A stretch of DNA of 64,000 nt from contig CAWBMV010000022.1 of the NCBI GenBank assembly GCA_963789955.1, positions 256,001 through 320,000 of the forward strand, given 5' to 3'. The notes beneath the pieces are model-generated. The model had not been told where the DNA came from. It saw only the letters and a list, made by a program, of their open reading frames with translations, and did no database searches. Every line of letters starts with the position of its first letter. The first letter of the stretch is position 1. This DNA comes from an uncultured Candidatus Rokubacteria bacterium (lineage in GTDB: Bacteria > Methylomirabilota > Methylomirabilia > Rokubacteriales > CSP1-6). The translations under genes were made by a program, and so were the position numbers. Below are positions 12,159-21,851 of this stretch, in pieces.

Positions 12159-12485
12159 TCAGTCGCGGAGCGTGTCGAGCCGCTTGACGATCTCTCGCTT
12201 GGGCGCCGCGCCCACCAGCCGGTCCTTCTCCTGGCCGAGCTTGAAGAACACCAGCTGCGGGATCGCCTGCACACCGAAGCGCGCCGCCAGCGCCGGCTCC
12301 TCGTCGACGTTCACCTTGGCGATCGTCGCCTGGTCGCCGACCTCGCGCGCGATCTCGTCGAGCACGGGCCCGATGACCCGGCACGGACCGCACCACGGCG
12401 CCCAGAAGTCGACGACAACCGGCCGCTCACTCGTCACGACGCCGTCGAATGTGGCGTTCGTCACGTGTACGATCGGATTGCTCAT
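12159..12485 (-). CDS. trxA: Thioredoxin
   Basis: VDFWAPWCGPC, GVQAIP. Confidence 0.95.
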   Translation of the reverse strand: MSNPIVHVTNATFDGVVTSERPVVVDFWAPWCGPCRVIGPVLDEIAREVGDQATIAKVNVDEEPALAARFGVQAIPQLVFFKLGQEKDRLVGAAPKREIVKRLDTLRD

Positions 12486-12554
12486 CGAGTCCACCCCCTT
12501 CGACCTTGAGACGCTACAATGCCGCGCATGGATTCCTCGCCCGCCCGCCCGCCG

Positions 12555-12944
12555 TCAGCTCGGGCGGGTCTCCAGGAACCGCGCCAGCTCGTTCATGTGC
12601 TCGTCGAAGAAGGCGAACACAGGGATCGAGCGGTAGCGACCCTGCTTCAGATACTGGTCCATCAGGTCGAGATTCGAGTCGCGCGGAAAGAGCCGCATCT
12701 CGATGTTCGCGCGGCCCTCGACGAGCTTGGCCACGAACGGCACGTGGGCCAGACAGGTGCCGCACCAGTCCTCGCTGATGACGAGCACGCGGCGCGCCCC
12801 GCCGAGCCGCTCCAGAATCTGCGCCTCGTCGGGCCGGATCGTCACCTCGTCGAGCGCCTCGACGAATCGCTCGCGATTGACGGACATGTGATCGACGTAC
12901 TGCTGCAGGGTCAACCCCTGCTCGAACCGCTCTTTCGTGACCAC
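12555..12944 (-). CDS. Thioredoxin-family protein (Thioredoxin_9-like)
   Basis: ISEDWCGTC, RSIPVF. Confidence 0.85.
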   Translation of the reverse strand: MVTKERFEQGLTLQQYVDHMSVNRERFVEALDEVTIRPDEAQILERLGGARRVLVISEDWCGTCLAHVPFVAKLVEGRANIEMRLFPRDSNLDLMDQYLKQGRYRSIPVFAFFDEHMNELARFLETRPS

Positions 12945-12964
12945 CGACGCTCCCGATTTGTAAG

Positions 12965-13015
12965 CGCGCCTCGTCCGGCGGGGCCCCAGCCCCGTGACGG
13001 CCTGCGGCGCGCACT
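12965..13015. repeat. 51-bp imperfect palindromic intergenic element, copy B
   Basis: 42/51 ungapped identity to 2340..2390. Confidence 0.7.
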
Positions 13016-13078
13016 ACCACGACACCGATCCACCCCGGCCTGGGTACCCTACCACGGAAGCATGGAGGCTCAGCCCGC

Positions 13079-14173
13079 ATGAAGATCACGCGAGTTCAGA
13101 CGCTCGTGCTCAACCTTCCGATGCTGATCGACGGGCCCACGCCGATGCTCGGCGGCCGGCCGCGGACCAGCATCGACATGCTGCTCGTGCGCGTCGAGAC
13201 CGACGGCGGGATCGTCGGCTGGGGCGAGGCGTTCGGCCATCGGGTCTTCCCGGCCACGCGCGCCATCATCGACACCGTGCTCGGGCCCATGTGCGTCGGG
13301 CGCGATCCGAGCCAGATCTCCGCGATCAACGACGACGTCCAGCGCGTGGTGCACGGGATCGGCCGCAACGGGCCGACCATGTACGCGCTGTCGGGCATCG
13401 ACATCGCGCTCTGGGACATCGCGGGCAAGGTGGCCGGCGTGCCGCTCTACCGCCTGCTCGGCGGAAGCCCACGCGCCGATCTCCCGGCCTATGCGAGCCT
13501 TCTGCGCTACGGCGCCGCCGATGCGGTCGCTCGCTATACCGAGCAGGCGCTCGGCCGCGGCTATCGGCTCATCAAGCTGCACGAGATCACGGTGCCCGAG
13601 GTGAAGGCCGCGCGCGACGTCGCCGGACCGACGATCCCGATCATGGTCGACACGAACTGTCCGTGGACCGTGCCCCAGGCGATCGAGATGGCGCGCCGCC
13701 TGGCGCCGCTCGACCTGCACTGGCTCGAAGAGCCGGTGTGGCCGCCCGAGAACCTCGCGGGGCTCGCCGAGGTGCGCACGCGCGGCGGCATCCCGACCGC
13801 GGCGGGCGAGAACTACGGCACGGCGTGGGAGTTTCGCCGCGCGATGGAGGCGGGCGCGATCACGTATGCCCAGCCGAGCGTCACGAAGGTCGGCGGCGTG
13901 ACCGAGATGCGCAAGGTGATGACGCTCGGCGAGATGTTCGGCGTGCAGGTCGTGCCGCACTCGGCCTATTTCGGCCCGGGCCTGCTCGCGTCGATCCACT
14001 GCATCGCGGCGATGGCCAGCGACTCGCCGGTCGAGCGCTTCTACTGCGACTTCGCCGACAATCCGTTGAACGACGCGATCGATCCCAAGGGCGGCCGCAT
14101 CGCGGTGCCCCAGGGCCCGGGCCTCGGCGTGGATCCCGACCCGCGCCTGCTCGAGAAGCTGCGGACGGGATAG
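13079..14173 (+). CDS. Mandelate racemase/muconate lactonizing enzyme family
   Basis: GWGE, SGIDIALWDIAGK, KLH, MVD.N, WLEEP, AAGEN. Confidence 0.9.
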   Translation: MKITRVQTLVLNLPMLIDGPTPMLGGRPRTSIDMLLVRVETDGGIVGWGEAFGHRVFPATRAIIDTVLGPMCVGRDPSQISAINDDVQRVVHGIGRNGPTMYALSGIDIALWDIAGKVAGVPLYRLLGGSPRADLPAYASLLRYGAADAVARYTEQALGRGYRLIKLHEITVPEVKAARDVAGPTIPIMVDTNCPWTVPQAIEMARRLAPLDLHWLEEPVWPPENLAGLAEVRTRGGIPTAAGENYGTAWEFRRAMEAGAITYAQPSVTKVGGVTEMRKVMTLGEMFGVQVVPHSAYFGPGLLASIHCIAAMASDSPVERFYCDFADNPLNDAIDPKGGRIAVPQGPGLGVDPDPRLLEKLRTG

Positions 14174-14180
14174 CGGCGCC

Positions 14181-14762
14181 ATGGCCGAGGAAGCGGCGCG
14201 GGCCGAACAACCGACGCCGGCGAGAACCGTGCCCGGATATCTCCCGGGTACGGACATGCCGCGGTTCATCCGCGACATGATGGAGTTCGTCGGGATGTCA
14301 GAGGCCGACGTGGCCGCGATCCGCCGCTCGGCGCCGAACGTGCTGAGCCACGAGCGAGAGCTGACGACCGCCCTCTACGATCACTTCATCAAGTTCCCGC
14401 GCTCGGCGCAGTTCTTCCTCAAGCCGGACGGCGAGGTGGACCAGGCGCGGCTGGAGCGCCGCAAGCACAGTCTCGGGCGGTGGCTGCGCGAGACCGCCGA
14501 GGCGGCGATCACGCAGGAGTTCTCGTACTACCTGCTCAGCGCCGCGCTCGCGCACGGGCATCGCGCCCAGCCGCCCGGCTCGATCCCGCAGCACCTGATG
14601 GTCGGCGCGATGAGCCTGACGCAGTCGGCGCTCGCGGGGATTTTCGCTCAGGAGCTCGGCGCCGAGGAAGCGGCGGCCGCGAGCGTCGCGTGGAACAAGC
14701 TGCTGCTCGTACAGCTCAGCGTGTTCATGCTCGCGTACGTGCCGCCGCGCGCGATCTTGTGA
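14181..14762 (+). CDS. Single-domain protoglobin-like globin
   Basis: Helical globin pattern LYDHFIKFP..AQFF, proximal-His-like AHGH, AWNKLL. Confidence 0.7.
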   Translation: MAEEAARAEQPTPARTVPGYLPGTDMPRFIRDMMEFVGMSEADVAAIRRSAPNVLSHERELTTALYDHFIKFPRSAQFFLKPDGEVDQARLERRKHSLGRWLRETAEAAITQEFSYYLLSAALAHGHRAQPPGSIPQHLMVGAMSLTQSALAGIFAQELGAEEAAAASVAWNKLLLVQLSVFMLAYVPPRAIL

Positions 14763-14794
14763 GCGACTGAGTCTTCTGAGCGACTAGCACGCGC

Positions 14795-15262
14795 TCAGGC
14801 GTTCCACTCCCGCGGGCCCTCGTCGTCGTAGCCGCACTGCTCGCACGGGCTGAAGTAGTGCGTCGCCGGCGGCATGGCGACAGCCAGACGCAGCGAGTTC
14901 TCGGTGCCCACCGTCTTGATGTGATGCACGGTGCCGCGCGGCACCCAGACGATGTCGTCCTTGCGCGCCTCGACGACGATGCCGCCGGTCAGCTCCCAGG
15001 TGAACTCGCCCGCCATCACGACCCACCACTCGTCGAAGTCGGCGTGCCAGTGCGGGCGATTGCCGCCGCCCGGCCGGTTGGCGATCAACGTGACGAGGTT
15101 GCGCTCGTCCTGGATGACCCGCCGCGACCACGGCGGCGGGCCCATCTTGGCCACGAGATCGGCGACGCGGGTGCGCAGCATGTTGGGCCCGTCGGCGCTC
15201 GCGGCGCGGGGCGGCGTCGGTCCGGTGGCGAAGTGGGGAATCGTGATCGTCGTGATCGGCAC
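14795..15262 (-). CDS. Cupin domain protein
   Basis: PHWH..DEWWVVMAGE, VPRGTVH. Confidence 0.8.
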   Translation of the reverse strand: MPITTITIPHFATGPTPPRAASADGPNMLRTRVADLVAKMGPPPWSRRVIQDERNLVTLIANRPGGGNRPHWHADFDEWWVVMAGEFTWELTGGIVVEARKDDIVWVPRGTVHHIKTVGTENSLRLAVAMPPATHYFSPCEQCGYDDEGPREWNA

Positions 15263-15283
15263 GTCTGCCCTCCGTGTGAGTCT

Positions 15284-16234
15284 CTACAGCACCCGGCGAA
15301 TGGCCGCCTCGATCCGGGCCCGGTCGGGCAGCGCGGCCTGCTCCAGCGGCGGGCTGAACGGAACCGGAACCGGCGCCGCGCACACGCGCTGCACCGGCGC
15401 CTTGAGCGCCCGGAACGTCTCGGGATCCTCGGTGACCAGCGCGGCGATCTCGGACGCCGCCGAGCATGTCGCCGGCGCCTCGTCGACCACGACGAGCCGT
15501 CCGGTCCGGCGCACCGACGCGCGAATCGCCTCGGCGTCCATCGGCACCAGGGTGCGCGGGTCGACGACCTCGATCGAGATGCCTTCCTTGGCCAGCGCAT
15601 CCGCGACCGCGAGCGCCTCGCGCACGTAGTAGGCGAGCCCGACGACGGTGACGTCGCGGCCGGCGCGCTTCACGTCGGCGACGCCGATCGGCACGGTGTG
15701 ATCGCCGTCCGGCACCGGCCCGCTGACACCGGCGAGGCGGCTGCACTCGAAGAAGATCACCGGGTTATTGTCGCGGATCGAGCTCTTGAGGAGCCCCTTC
15801 GCGTCCGCCGGCGTCGACGGCAGGATGATCTTCAATCCGGCGAGGTGCATGAACATCGAGTACGGGCTCTGCGAGTGCTGGGCGGCGATCTGCGCGCCGC
15901 CGCCCGTCGTGCATCGATAGGTCACCGGGAAGTTGGCCTGGCCGCCGAACATGTACCGGATCTTGCTCGCCTGGTTGACGATCTGATCCATCGCGACGAA
16001 CGAGAAGGTGACCATGCCCCAGTGCACGACCGGGCGGAGCCCGCTGCCCGCCGCGCCCAGGCCGATGCCCGTGAAGGCCGCCTCGGAGATCGGCGTGAAG
16101 CGCACGCGGCGGTCGCCGAACTTGTTCTCGAGCGCCGGCGCGCGGACGGTGGCCATCGTGATGACGCGTTCGTCCCGCTCCATCTCCTCGATCATCGCTT
16201 CCTCGAGCGCCTGGGCGACCGTGATCTCACGCAC
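15284..16234 (-). CDS. Pyruvate/acetoin dehydrogenase E1 beta-like subunit
   Basis: TPISE, AAQHSQS, PSTPADAKGLL, EVVDPRTLVP. Confidence 0.9.
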   Translation of the reverse strand: MREITVAQALEEAMIEEMERDERVITMATVRAPALENKFGDRRVRFTPISEAAFTGIGLGAAGSGLRPVVHWGMVTFSFVAMDQIVNQASKIRYMFGGQANFPVTYRCTTGGGAQIAAQHSQSPYSMFMHLAGLKIILPSTPADAKGLLKSSIRDNNPVIFFECSRLAGVSGPVPDGDHTVPIGVADVKRAGRDVTVVGLAYYVREALAVADALAKEGISIEVVDPRTLVPMDAEAIRASVRRTGRLVVVDEAPATCSAASEIAALVTEDPETFRALKAPVQRVCAAPVPVPFSPPLEQAALPDRARIEAAIRRVL

Positions 16235-16245
16235 TGGCTTGCTCC

Positions 16246-17220
16246 TTACTCGGCGAACATGTCGACGAGCAGATCGTTCGGGTCGGGGTAGGGGCTCTTC
16301 TCCGCGAACTCGACCGCCGCCTCCAGGTCGCGCTTCACCCCGGCGCGGATCTCGGCGACGTCGGCCGGCGTGACGAGACCGCGACCGGTCAGCAGATCCT
16401 CGAACCGCCCGACGGCATCGCGGTCGCGCGCCCTCCACTCGGCGAGGATCTCCGGCGACCGCGTCTCGGGCGGCGGCGCGTCGCGCATCGCGTGGAAGAG
16501 CGAGCGGAACGTCTTGCAGTGGAGCAGGGTCGGCCCGTCGCCGCGCCGCGCCCGCTCGACCGCCTGCGCGGCCGCGTCGCGGACCGCGAGCACGTCGTTA
16601 CCGTCCACCGAGACGCCGGGCAGCCCGTAGGCCGGCGCGTGCAGCGCGATGTCGGTGACCTGGCGCACCGACTCGACCGCGTTGCCGGCGCCGTAGCGGT
16701 TGTTCTCGCACACGAAGAGCAGCGGCAGCTTCCAGAGCGAGGCGATGTTGAGCGTCTCGTGGAACTCGCCCTCGCCGGTGGCGCCGTCGCCGAAGAAGCA
16801 CGCGGCGACACCGCCGCGGTCTTCCATCTGGGCGGCGAGCGCCGCGCCGCAGGCGATCGGCATGCCGCCGGCGACGATGCCGTTGGCGCCGAGCATCCCG
16901 ATGGCGAAGTCGGCGATGTGCATCGAGCCGCCCTTGCCCTTGCAGTAGCCGTCGACCCGGCCGAAGAGCTCGGCCATCATGCGGTTGATGTCGGCGCCCT
17001 TGGCGATGCAGTGGCCGTGGCCCCGATGCGTGCTGGTGATGCGATCGCTTGGACGCAGCGCGGCGCACACGCCGACGGCGACGGCTTCCTCGCCGACGTA
17101 GGGATGCAGCGCGCCGTAGATCCGCTTCGCCTTGCGCAGCTCGATCGCGAGCAGATCGAACTCGCGGATCAGGATCATCTTGCGGAGGATCTCGACCAGC
17201 TCGGTCTTGTCCTGTGACAC
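16246..17220 (-). CDS. Pyruvate/acetoin dehydrogenase E1 alpha-like subunit
   Basis: STHRGHGH, GKGGSMH, GDGA...ENN ThDP motif. Confidence 0.9.
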   Translation of the reverse strand: MSQDKTELVEILRKMILIREFDLLAIELRKAKRIYGALHPYVGEEAVAVGVCAALRPSDRITSTHRGHGHCIAKGADINRMMAELFGRVDGYCKGKGGSMHIADFAIGMLGANGIVAGGMPIACGAALAAQMEDRGGVAACFFGDGATGEGEFHETLNIASLWKLPLLFVCENNRYGAGNAVESVRQVTDIALHAPAYGLPGVSVDGNDVLAVRDAAAQAVERARRGDGPTLLHCKTFRSLFHAMRDAPPPETRSPEILAEWRARDRDAVGRFEDLLTGRGLVTPADVAEIRAGVKRDLEAAVEFAEKSPYPDPNDLLVDMFAE

Positions 17221-17320
17221 GCGTGTCCTCCCGGCCCAGGATCGGGCTGAATTCGGCGCTAGTGTAGGCCAGATTCCGCGCCGGGGCCAGGCACGCGGCG
17301 CACATGGTATAACTGCCGGC

Positions 17321-18373
17321 ATGCACTTCGGACTCTTCGTCGAGGAGATGCGTCGCGGCGCCACGGCGGTCTCGGCGTTCGACGACGCGTTCGAGCTGGC
17401 CGACATCGCCGAAGCCTGGGGCATGGACTGCGTCTGGCTCGGCGAGATCCATTTCACCCCGGCGCGCTCGGTGATCTCCGCCTCGCTCCTGATGGCGAGC
17501 TCGATCGCCACGCGGACCAAGCGGCTGCGCGTCGGCACGGCCGTCCAGGTGCTGCCGCTGAATCATCCCTTGCGCATCGCCGAAGAGATCGCGACGATCG
17601 ATCAGATCAGCAAGGGCCGCTTCGAGTTCGGCATCGGCCGCAGCGGGGTCGTGCGCAGCTACGACGTCTACGGCGTGCCGTACGGCGAGAGTCAGGCGCG
17701 CTTTCACGAAACGCTGACGATCTTGCGCGAGGCGTGGAAGGGCGAGCCGTTCAGTCACGCCGGCGAGTTCTATCGCTTCGAGAACGCCACGGTGTCGCCG
17801 CGCCCGTACCAGACGCCGCATCCGCCGATCCGCATGGCGACGACGTCCCACGAGACGTTCGGCGTGGCGGGCCGCCTCGGCCTGCCGATCTTCGTCGGGC
17901 TGCGCGCGACGGATATGAATGATCTCAAGGTGTCGCTCGCGTCGTATCGCAAGGCCTGGAGCGATGCGGGGCACACGGGTACGCCGAGCGCGTACGTGCG
18001 CATCCCCGTCTACGCCGCCGCGACCGAGCGCGCGGCGATCGAGGAGCCGCGCGAGAGCATCGCGGCGTTCTTCGAGCGGCAATCAGCGCTCGCGCGCTCG
18101 GCGGTCGGCCGCGCGGGCGCCGGGCCCGCCGAGCAGCGGAGCTTCCAGGCCGAGCGCATGGCGAATCTCTCGTACGAAGACGTGCTCGAGAAGAAGGTCG
18201 CGTTCGGCACCCCGGCGCAGCTGATCGAGCGTCTGACGAAGCTGCGCGCCGAGCTCGGCATCGACGGCATCTTGCTCGAGCCGAACTCCGGCGGGCTCAT
18301 CCCGCCCGCGCTCGAGCGCGAGAGCCTGCGGCTCTTTACCCACGAGGTGATCCCAGCGTTCAGGAGGTCCTAG
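17321..18373 (+). CDS. LLM-class flavin-dependent oxidoreductase
   Basis: HPLRIAEEIATIDQISKGRFEFGIG, PRPYQTPHPPI. Confidence 0.9.
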   Translation: MHFGLFVEEMRRGATAVSAFDDAFELADIAEAWGMDCVWLGEIHFTPARSVISASLLMASSIATRTKRLRVGTAVQVLPLNHPLRIAEEIATIDQISKGRFEFGIGRSGVVRSYDVYGVPYGESQARFHETLTILREAWKGEPFSHAGEFYRFENATVSPRPYQTPHPPIRMATTSHETFGVAGRLGLPIFVGLRATDMNDLKVSLASYRKAWSDAGHTGTPSAYVRIPVYAAATERAAIEEPRESIAAFFERQSALARSAVGRAGAGPAEQRSFQAERMANLSYEDVLEKKVAFGTPAQLIERLTKLRAELGIDGILLEPNSGGLIPPALERESLRLFTHEVIPAFRRS

Positions 18374-18375
18374 CC

Positions 18376-19254
18376 ATGGCGACGGTCGGGTCCGGCAAAT
18401 ACAAATACGAGCTGACCGAGAGCTGGGGGCAGCTGCCGACGGGCCACACGTTCGGCAACGTCAGCGCCATCGCCACCGATTCGCAGGATCGGGTCTACGT
18501 GTTCCAGCGCAAGGACCCGCCCGTGATGGTCTTCGACCGGGACGGCAAGCACCTCGGCGCCTGGGGCATCGGCGCGTTCGCCAATCCGCACGGCATCTAC
18601 ATCGCCAACGACATCGTGTACCTGACGGATCGCGACGATTCGGTGTGCCTCATGTACACCCTCGACGGCAAGCCGCTCCAGGTGCTGGGCCGCCGCGGCG
18701 TTCACTCGGACACCGGATGCGAGAAGCCGGGCGAGCTCGTCCCGCGCTCGGCCGGCCCGTTCAACTACCCGACGGAGATGGTGCCGTCGCCGTCCGGCCA
18801 GCTCTACGTGACCGACGGCTATCGCAACGCCCGCGTGCATCGCTTCGACGCCGACGGCCGGCTGCTCGGATCGTGGGGACACCCGGGCAAGACCGAGCCG
18901 GATCACTTCCACTTGCCGCACAGCCTGGTGGTCGACGCGCGCGGCCTGGTCTACGTGTGCGACCGCGAGAACAACCGCATCCAGGTCTTCGCGGCGGACG
19001 GCAAGTTCCTGACGATCTGGCCCGATCTGCGCCGGCCCCTGGATATCTCCATCGATCGCGACGGCCTCTTCTGCATCAGCGAGGGCGGCGTCAGCGGACT
19101 CTCGCCGCGCATCAGCCTGATGGACCCGCAAGGGAAGGTGGTCGCGCGCTGGGACTCGCTCTCGGCGCACGGCAGCTGGATCGACGCGCGCGGGGATATC
19201 TACCTGGCGCTCGGCTCGCGGATGCGCGTCGACAAGTACGTGCGGCAGAGCTAG
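18376..19254 (+). CDS. NHL-repeat beta-propeller (PAL-like) protein
   Basis: FANPHGI, DGYRNARVHRF, F.LPHSL..D..G.VYVCDRENNRIQVF. Confidence 0.85.
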   Translation: MATVGSGKYKYELTESWGQLPTGHTFGNVSAIATDSQDRVYVFQRKDPPVMVFDRDGKHLGAWGIGAFANPHGIYIANDIVYLTDRDDSVCLMYTLDGKPLQVLGRRGVHSDTGCEKPGELVPRSAGPFNYPTEMVPSPSGQLYVTDGYRNARVHRFDADGRLLGSWGHPGKTEPDHFHLPHSLVVDARGLVYVCDRENNRIQVFAADGKFLTIWPDLRRPLDISIDRDGLFCISEGGVSGLSPRISLMDPQGKVVARWDSLSAHGSWIDARGDIYLALGSRMRVDKYVRQS

Positions 19255-19266
19255 CGCTTCGCCGCT

Positions 19267-20183
19267 TTACTTCTTCGCGACCGGCACGGGGATGCCGGGA
19301 ATCTTCACGTCGACCGAGCCCAGGTGGTTGCGGCTCGTGAAGTAGAGCGTCTTCCAGTCGTCGCCGCCGAAGGCGATGTTCGTCGTGGCCGGAGCCCCGT
19401 GCACGATCCGGCCGAGCTTCTTGCCGCGCGGATCCATGATCCAGATCCCGCCGGCGCCGCCGCAGTACACGTTGCCTTCCACGTCGACCTTCATGCCGTC
19501 GGGCACGCCCGGCTCGTCGCCGCCGAGATCCGCGAAGACACGATCGGTCTGCTTCGCGAGCGTGCCGTTGGGCAGCAGATCGAAGGCACGGATGTGCTTG
19601 CGCCGCGTGTCGTTGATGTAGAGGACACTCTCGTCCGGCGAGAACGCGAGCCCGTTGGGCAACACGAAGTCGTCGATCGAGCAGGGTGTAGGTGCCGAGA
19701 TCGGGCGTGAGGCGGTAGACGCCGGAGAAGGTGAGGTCCCACTGCTCGGGGGCGAGGGGACTGGTCCACGGATCGGTGAAGTAGATGCAGCCGTCGGATT
19801 TGACCACGACGTCGTTGGGACGGTTCAGCCGCCGGCCCTGAAAGCTGTTGGCGAGCACCGTGAGGCTGCCGTCGAGCTCCAGCCGCGTGACGCGCCGGCT
19901 GTCGTGCTCGCAGGCGATCGAGCCGACCCTGGAGATCGCGCGTGAGCCCGTTGGCGCGGTTCGTCGGCTCGAGGAACAGCGACACGCCCTGGCCGGGCAC
20001 GTACTTCATCCGCTTGTTGTTGTGGATGTCGCTGAACAGCAGGTAGCGACCTTCCTTCCACCAGAGCGGCCCCTCGGCGGGACCCTGAGCGCCGCCGAAT
20101 CCGTCGGCCAGCGCGCGGATGGGCTCGGACGTCGCGATGATCTTTTCCAGCTCGGGGGCGAATTGTTCGATCTTGGTGGCCAT
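19267..20183 (-). CDS. SMP-30/gluconolactonase family protein (two frameshifts)
   Basis: AEGPLW, LNRPNDVVV..DG.IYFTDP, PNGLAFSPDE, PDGMKVD. Confidence 0.9.
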
Positions 20184-20339
20184 GATGACTCCTTGCGCAC
20201 GCGGCCCCGGGGACCCGCGGTGCCGGCTTGCTGTATCAGTTCGTCGACTCTTGCCGGCTGCTTCGACCGGCGCCTACTCTCCTATCAACTATGGCGCTCG
20301 AGATCAACGATGGCGTGCGCTATGCGCTGACGCCGGCGC

Positions 20340-21195
20340 GTGCCCGCTATCGTGCCGGCCCCGCCCTCGCTCGTACGCGAGGCCGGCCAGAACAGCCCGC
20401 GGCCACTCAGGCTGCTGGATCGCGTGCGCGAGGCCAACCGCCTGCGCCACGGCAGTCGGAGCACCGAGAAGTCGTATATCGGATGGATCCGCCGCTTCAT
20501 CCTGTTCCACGGCAAGCGCCACCCCGCCGAGATGGGCGCGCCCGAGGTCGTGCAATTCCTCAGCTCACTTGCTGTCGAGGGGCGAGTGGCCGCGTCGACC
20601 CAGAACCAGGCGCTGAGCGCGCTGCTGTTTCTCTACCGCTACGTCCTGCAACAGGAGCTGCCCTGGCTCGAGGACGTCGTCCGGGCGAGGCGACCGAAGC
20701 ACTTGCCGATCGTGCTGACGCGCGACGAGGTGCGCGCGGTCATCGCCAAGCTGGACGGCACGCCACGCCTCATGGCCGCTCTGCTCTACGGCTCCGGGCT
20801 GCGCCTGCTCGAGTGCGCCCGCCTGAGAGTGCAGGACATCGACTTCGCGATGAATCAGATCGTCGTCCGTGACGGCAAGGGCGCCAAGGATCGCGTCACC
20901 GTGCTGCCAACCGTGGCCAAGGAGCCTCTGCGGCGGCACCTGCTGAAGGTGAAGCGCCAGCACGAGGCCGATCTGGCGTTCGGCGCCGGCTGGGTCGAGC
21001 TGCCGTGGGCCCTGGCGCGCAAATACCCGAACGCCGGCCGGGAGTGGCCGTGGCAGTGGACCTCAGGCCGGGCTCAGCAAACGCGCCACGCCGCACACGT
21101 TCCGACACTCCTTCGCGACCCATTTGCTCGAAGACGGACGCGACATCCGCACCGTCCAGGAGGGGGATATGCAGTTCTGTGGAATTAGAAGTTAG
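20340..21195 (+). pseudogene. intI: Integron integrase, internally deleted and 3'-truncated
   Basis: LLDRVR...[53 protein letters not shown], integron-specific LP.AL.RKYP.AGREW.WQW; then jumps (+1 frame) to [32 protein letters not shown] and lacks LLGH...TT.IY. Confidence 0.93.
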
Positions 21196-21197
21196 AG
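21165..21197 (+). other. Probable attI site, crossover G|TTAGAG at 21191
   Basis: GTTAGAGGG (21191) is the reverse complement of the first cassette's inverse core CCCTCTAAC (21766-21774); no attC hairpin precedes it. Confidence 0.7.
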
Positions 21198-21236
21198 GGA
21201 CAGCGGCACGGTCACACGGAATGGTAGGATCGACGC

Positions 21237-21461
21237 ATGGCCAGATCAGCGCGAGAGCTGTTTGAGGAGGCGATGAGGCTCGATCCGGAGGAACGGGCGA
21301 CGCTGATGCGCCTTCTGATCGATACCTTGGACGCCGAGTCTGAGGCAGGAGCCGAGGACGCGTGGCGGATCGAGGTTGAGCGCCGAATCACGGAGCTAGA
21401 CTCTGGCGCAGTCGAAACGGTTCCCTGGGACGAGCTTAGGGCGCGACTGTACCAGCGCTGA
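21237..21461 (+). CDS. Cassette 1: addiction-module antitoxin (TIGR02574/Unstab_antitox-like)
   Basis: A..L.PEERA.L...LI.TL....W..EVERR...LDSG.V..VPW.E pattern, directly upstream of the toxin. Confidence 0.85.
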   Translation: MARSARELFEEAMRLDPEERATLMRLLIDTLDAESEAGAEDAWRIEVERRITELDSGAVETVPWDELRARLYQR

Positions 21462-21761
21462 ATGGCGCCAGCGGCTGTCAGGTTCCACCCTGCTGCAGCG
21501 CAGGAGGCGGAATCCACGCATGACTGGTATGCCGCGAGAAATCCCTCAGCTGCGCACGGCTTTCGCGAAGAGCTACGACAGGCCGTCGACGCTGTCGCTG
21601 CACATCCTCGGACCTGGCCACGGTATGGCAGTCGCGCTCGAAGGTACGTGTTTCCGAGATACCCCTTTAGTTTGGTGTACATCGTTCGCGACGATGCTAT
21701 CGAAGTCGTCGCTGTGGCTCACGGTCGCCGCCGCCCTGGCTACTGGCGATCGCGACTCTGA
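21462..21761 (+). CDS. Cassette 1: RelE/ParE family toxin
   Basis: VRFHPAA..E...WY, RR....RYPFSLVY, VVAVAHGRRRPGYW. Confidence 0.9.
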   Translation: MAPAAVRFHPAAAQEAESTHDWYAARNPSAAHGFREELRQAVDAVAAHPRTWPRYGSRARRYVFPRYPFSLVYIVRDDAIEVVAVAHGRRRPGYWRSRL

Positions 21762-21767
21762 AGTGCC

Positions 21768-21828
21768 CTCTAACATCCGAATGCAGCGGGCGGCGCGCAG
21801 CGCCGCCCGCTGATCCGTAGCGTTATAC
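21768..21828 (+). repeat. attC site 1
   Basis: CTCTAAC...ATGCAGCGGGCGGCG/CGCCGCCCGCTGAT...GTTATAC, with an extrahelical G. Confidence 0.92.
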
Positions 21829-21851
21829 GGAGCGAGAAGGAGGTCACACTC

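Noticed and set aside
12940..12978. Minus-strand CCGGACGAGGCGCGC resembling the start of a guanidine-III riboswitch
   Set aside because: The 3' part of the motif and the usual SMR-transporter context are missing, and the second copy of the element lacks ACGAGG
20225..20335. LexA box upstream of intI
   Set aside because: CTGTATCAG is present but there is no complete CTGT-N8-ACAG, and the host's LexA motif is unknown
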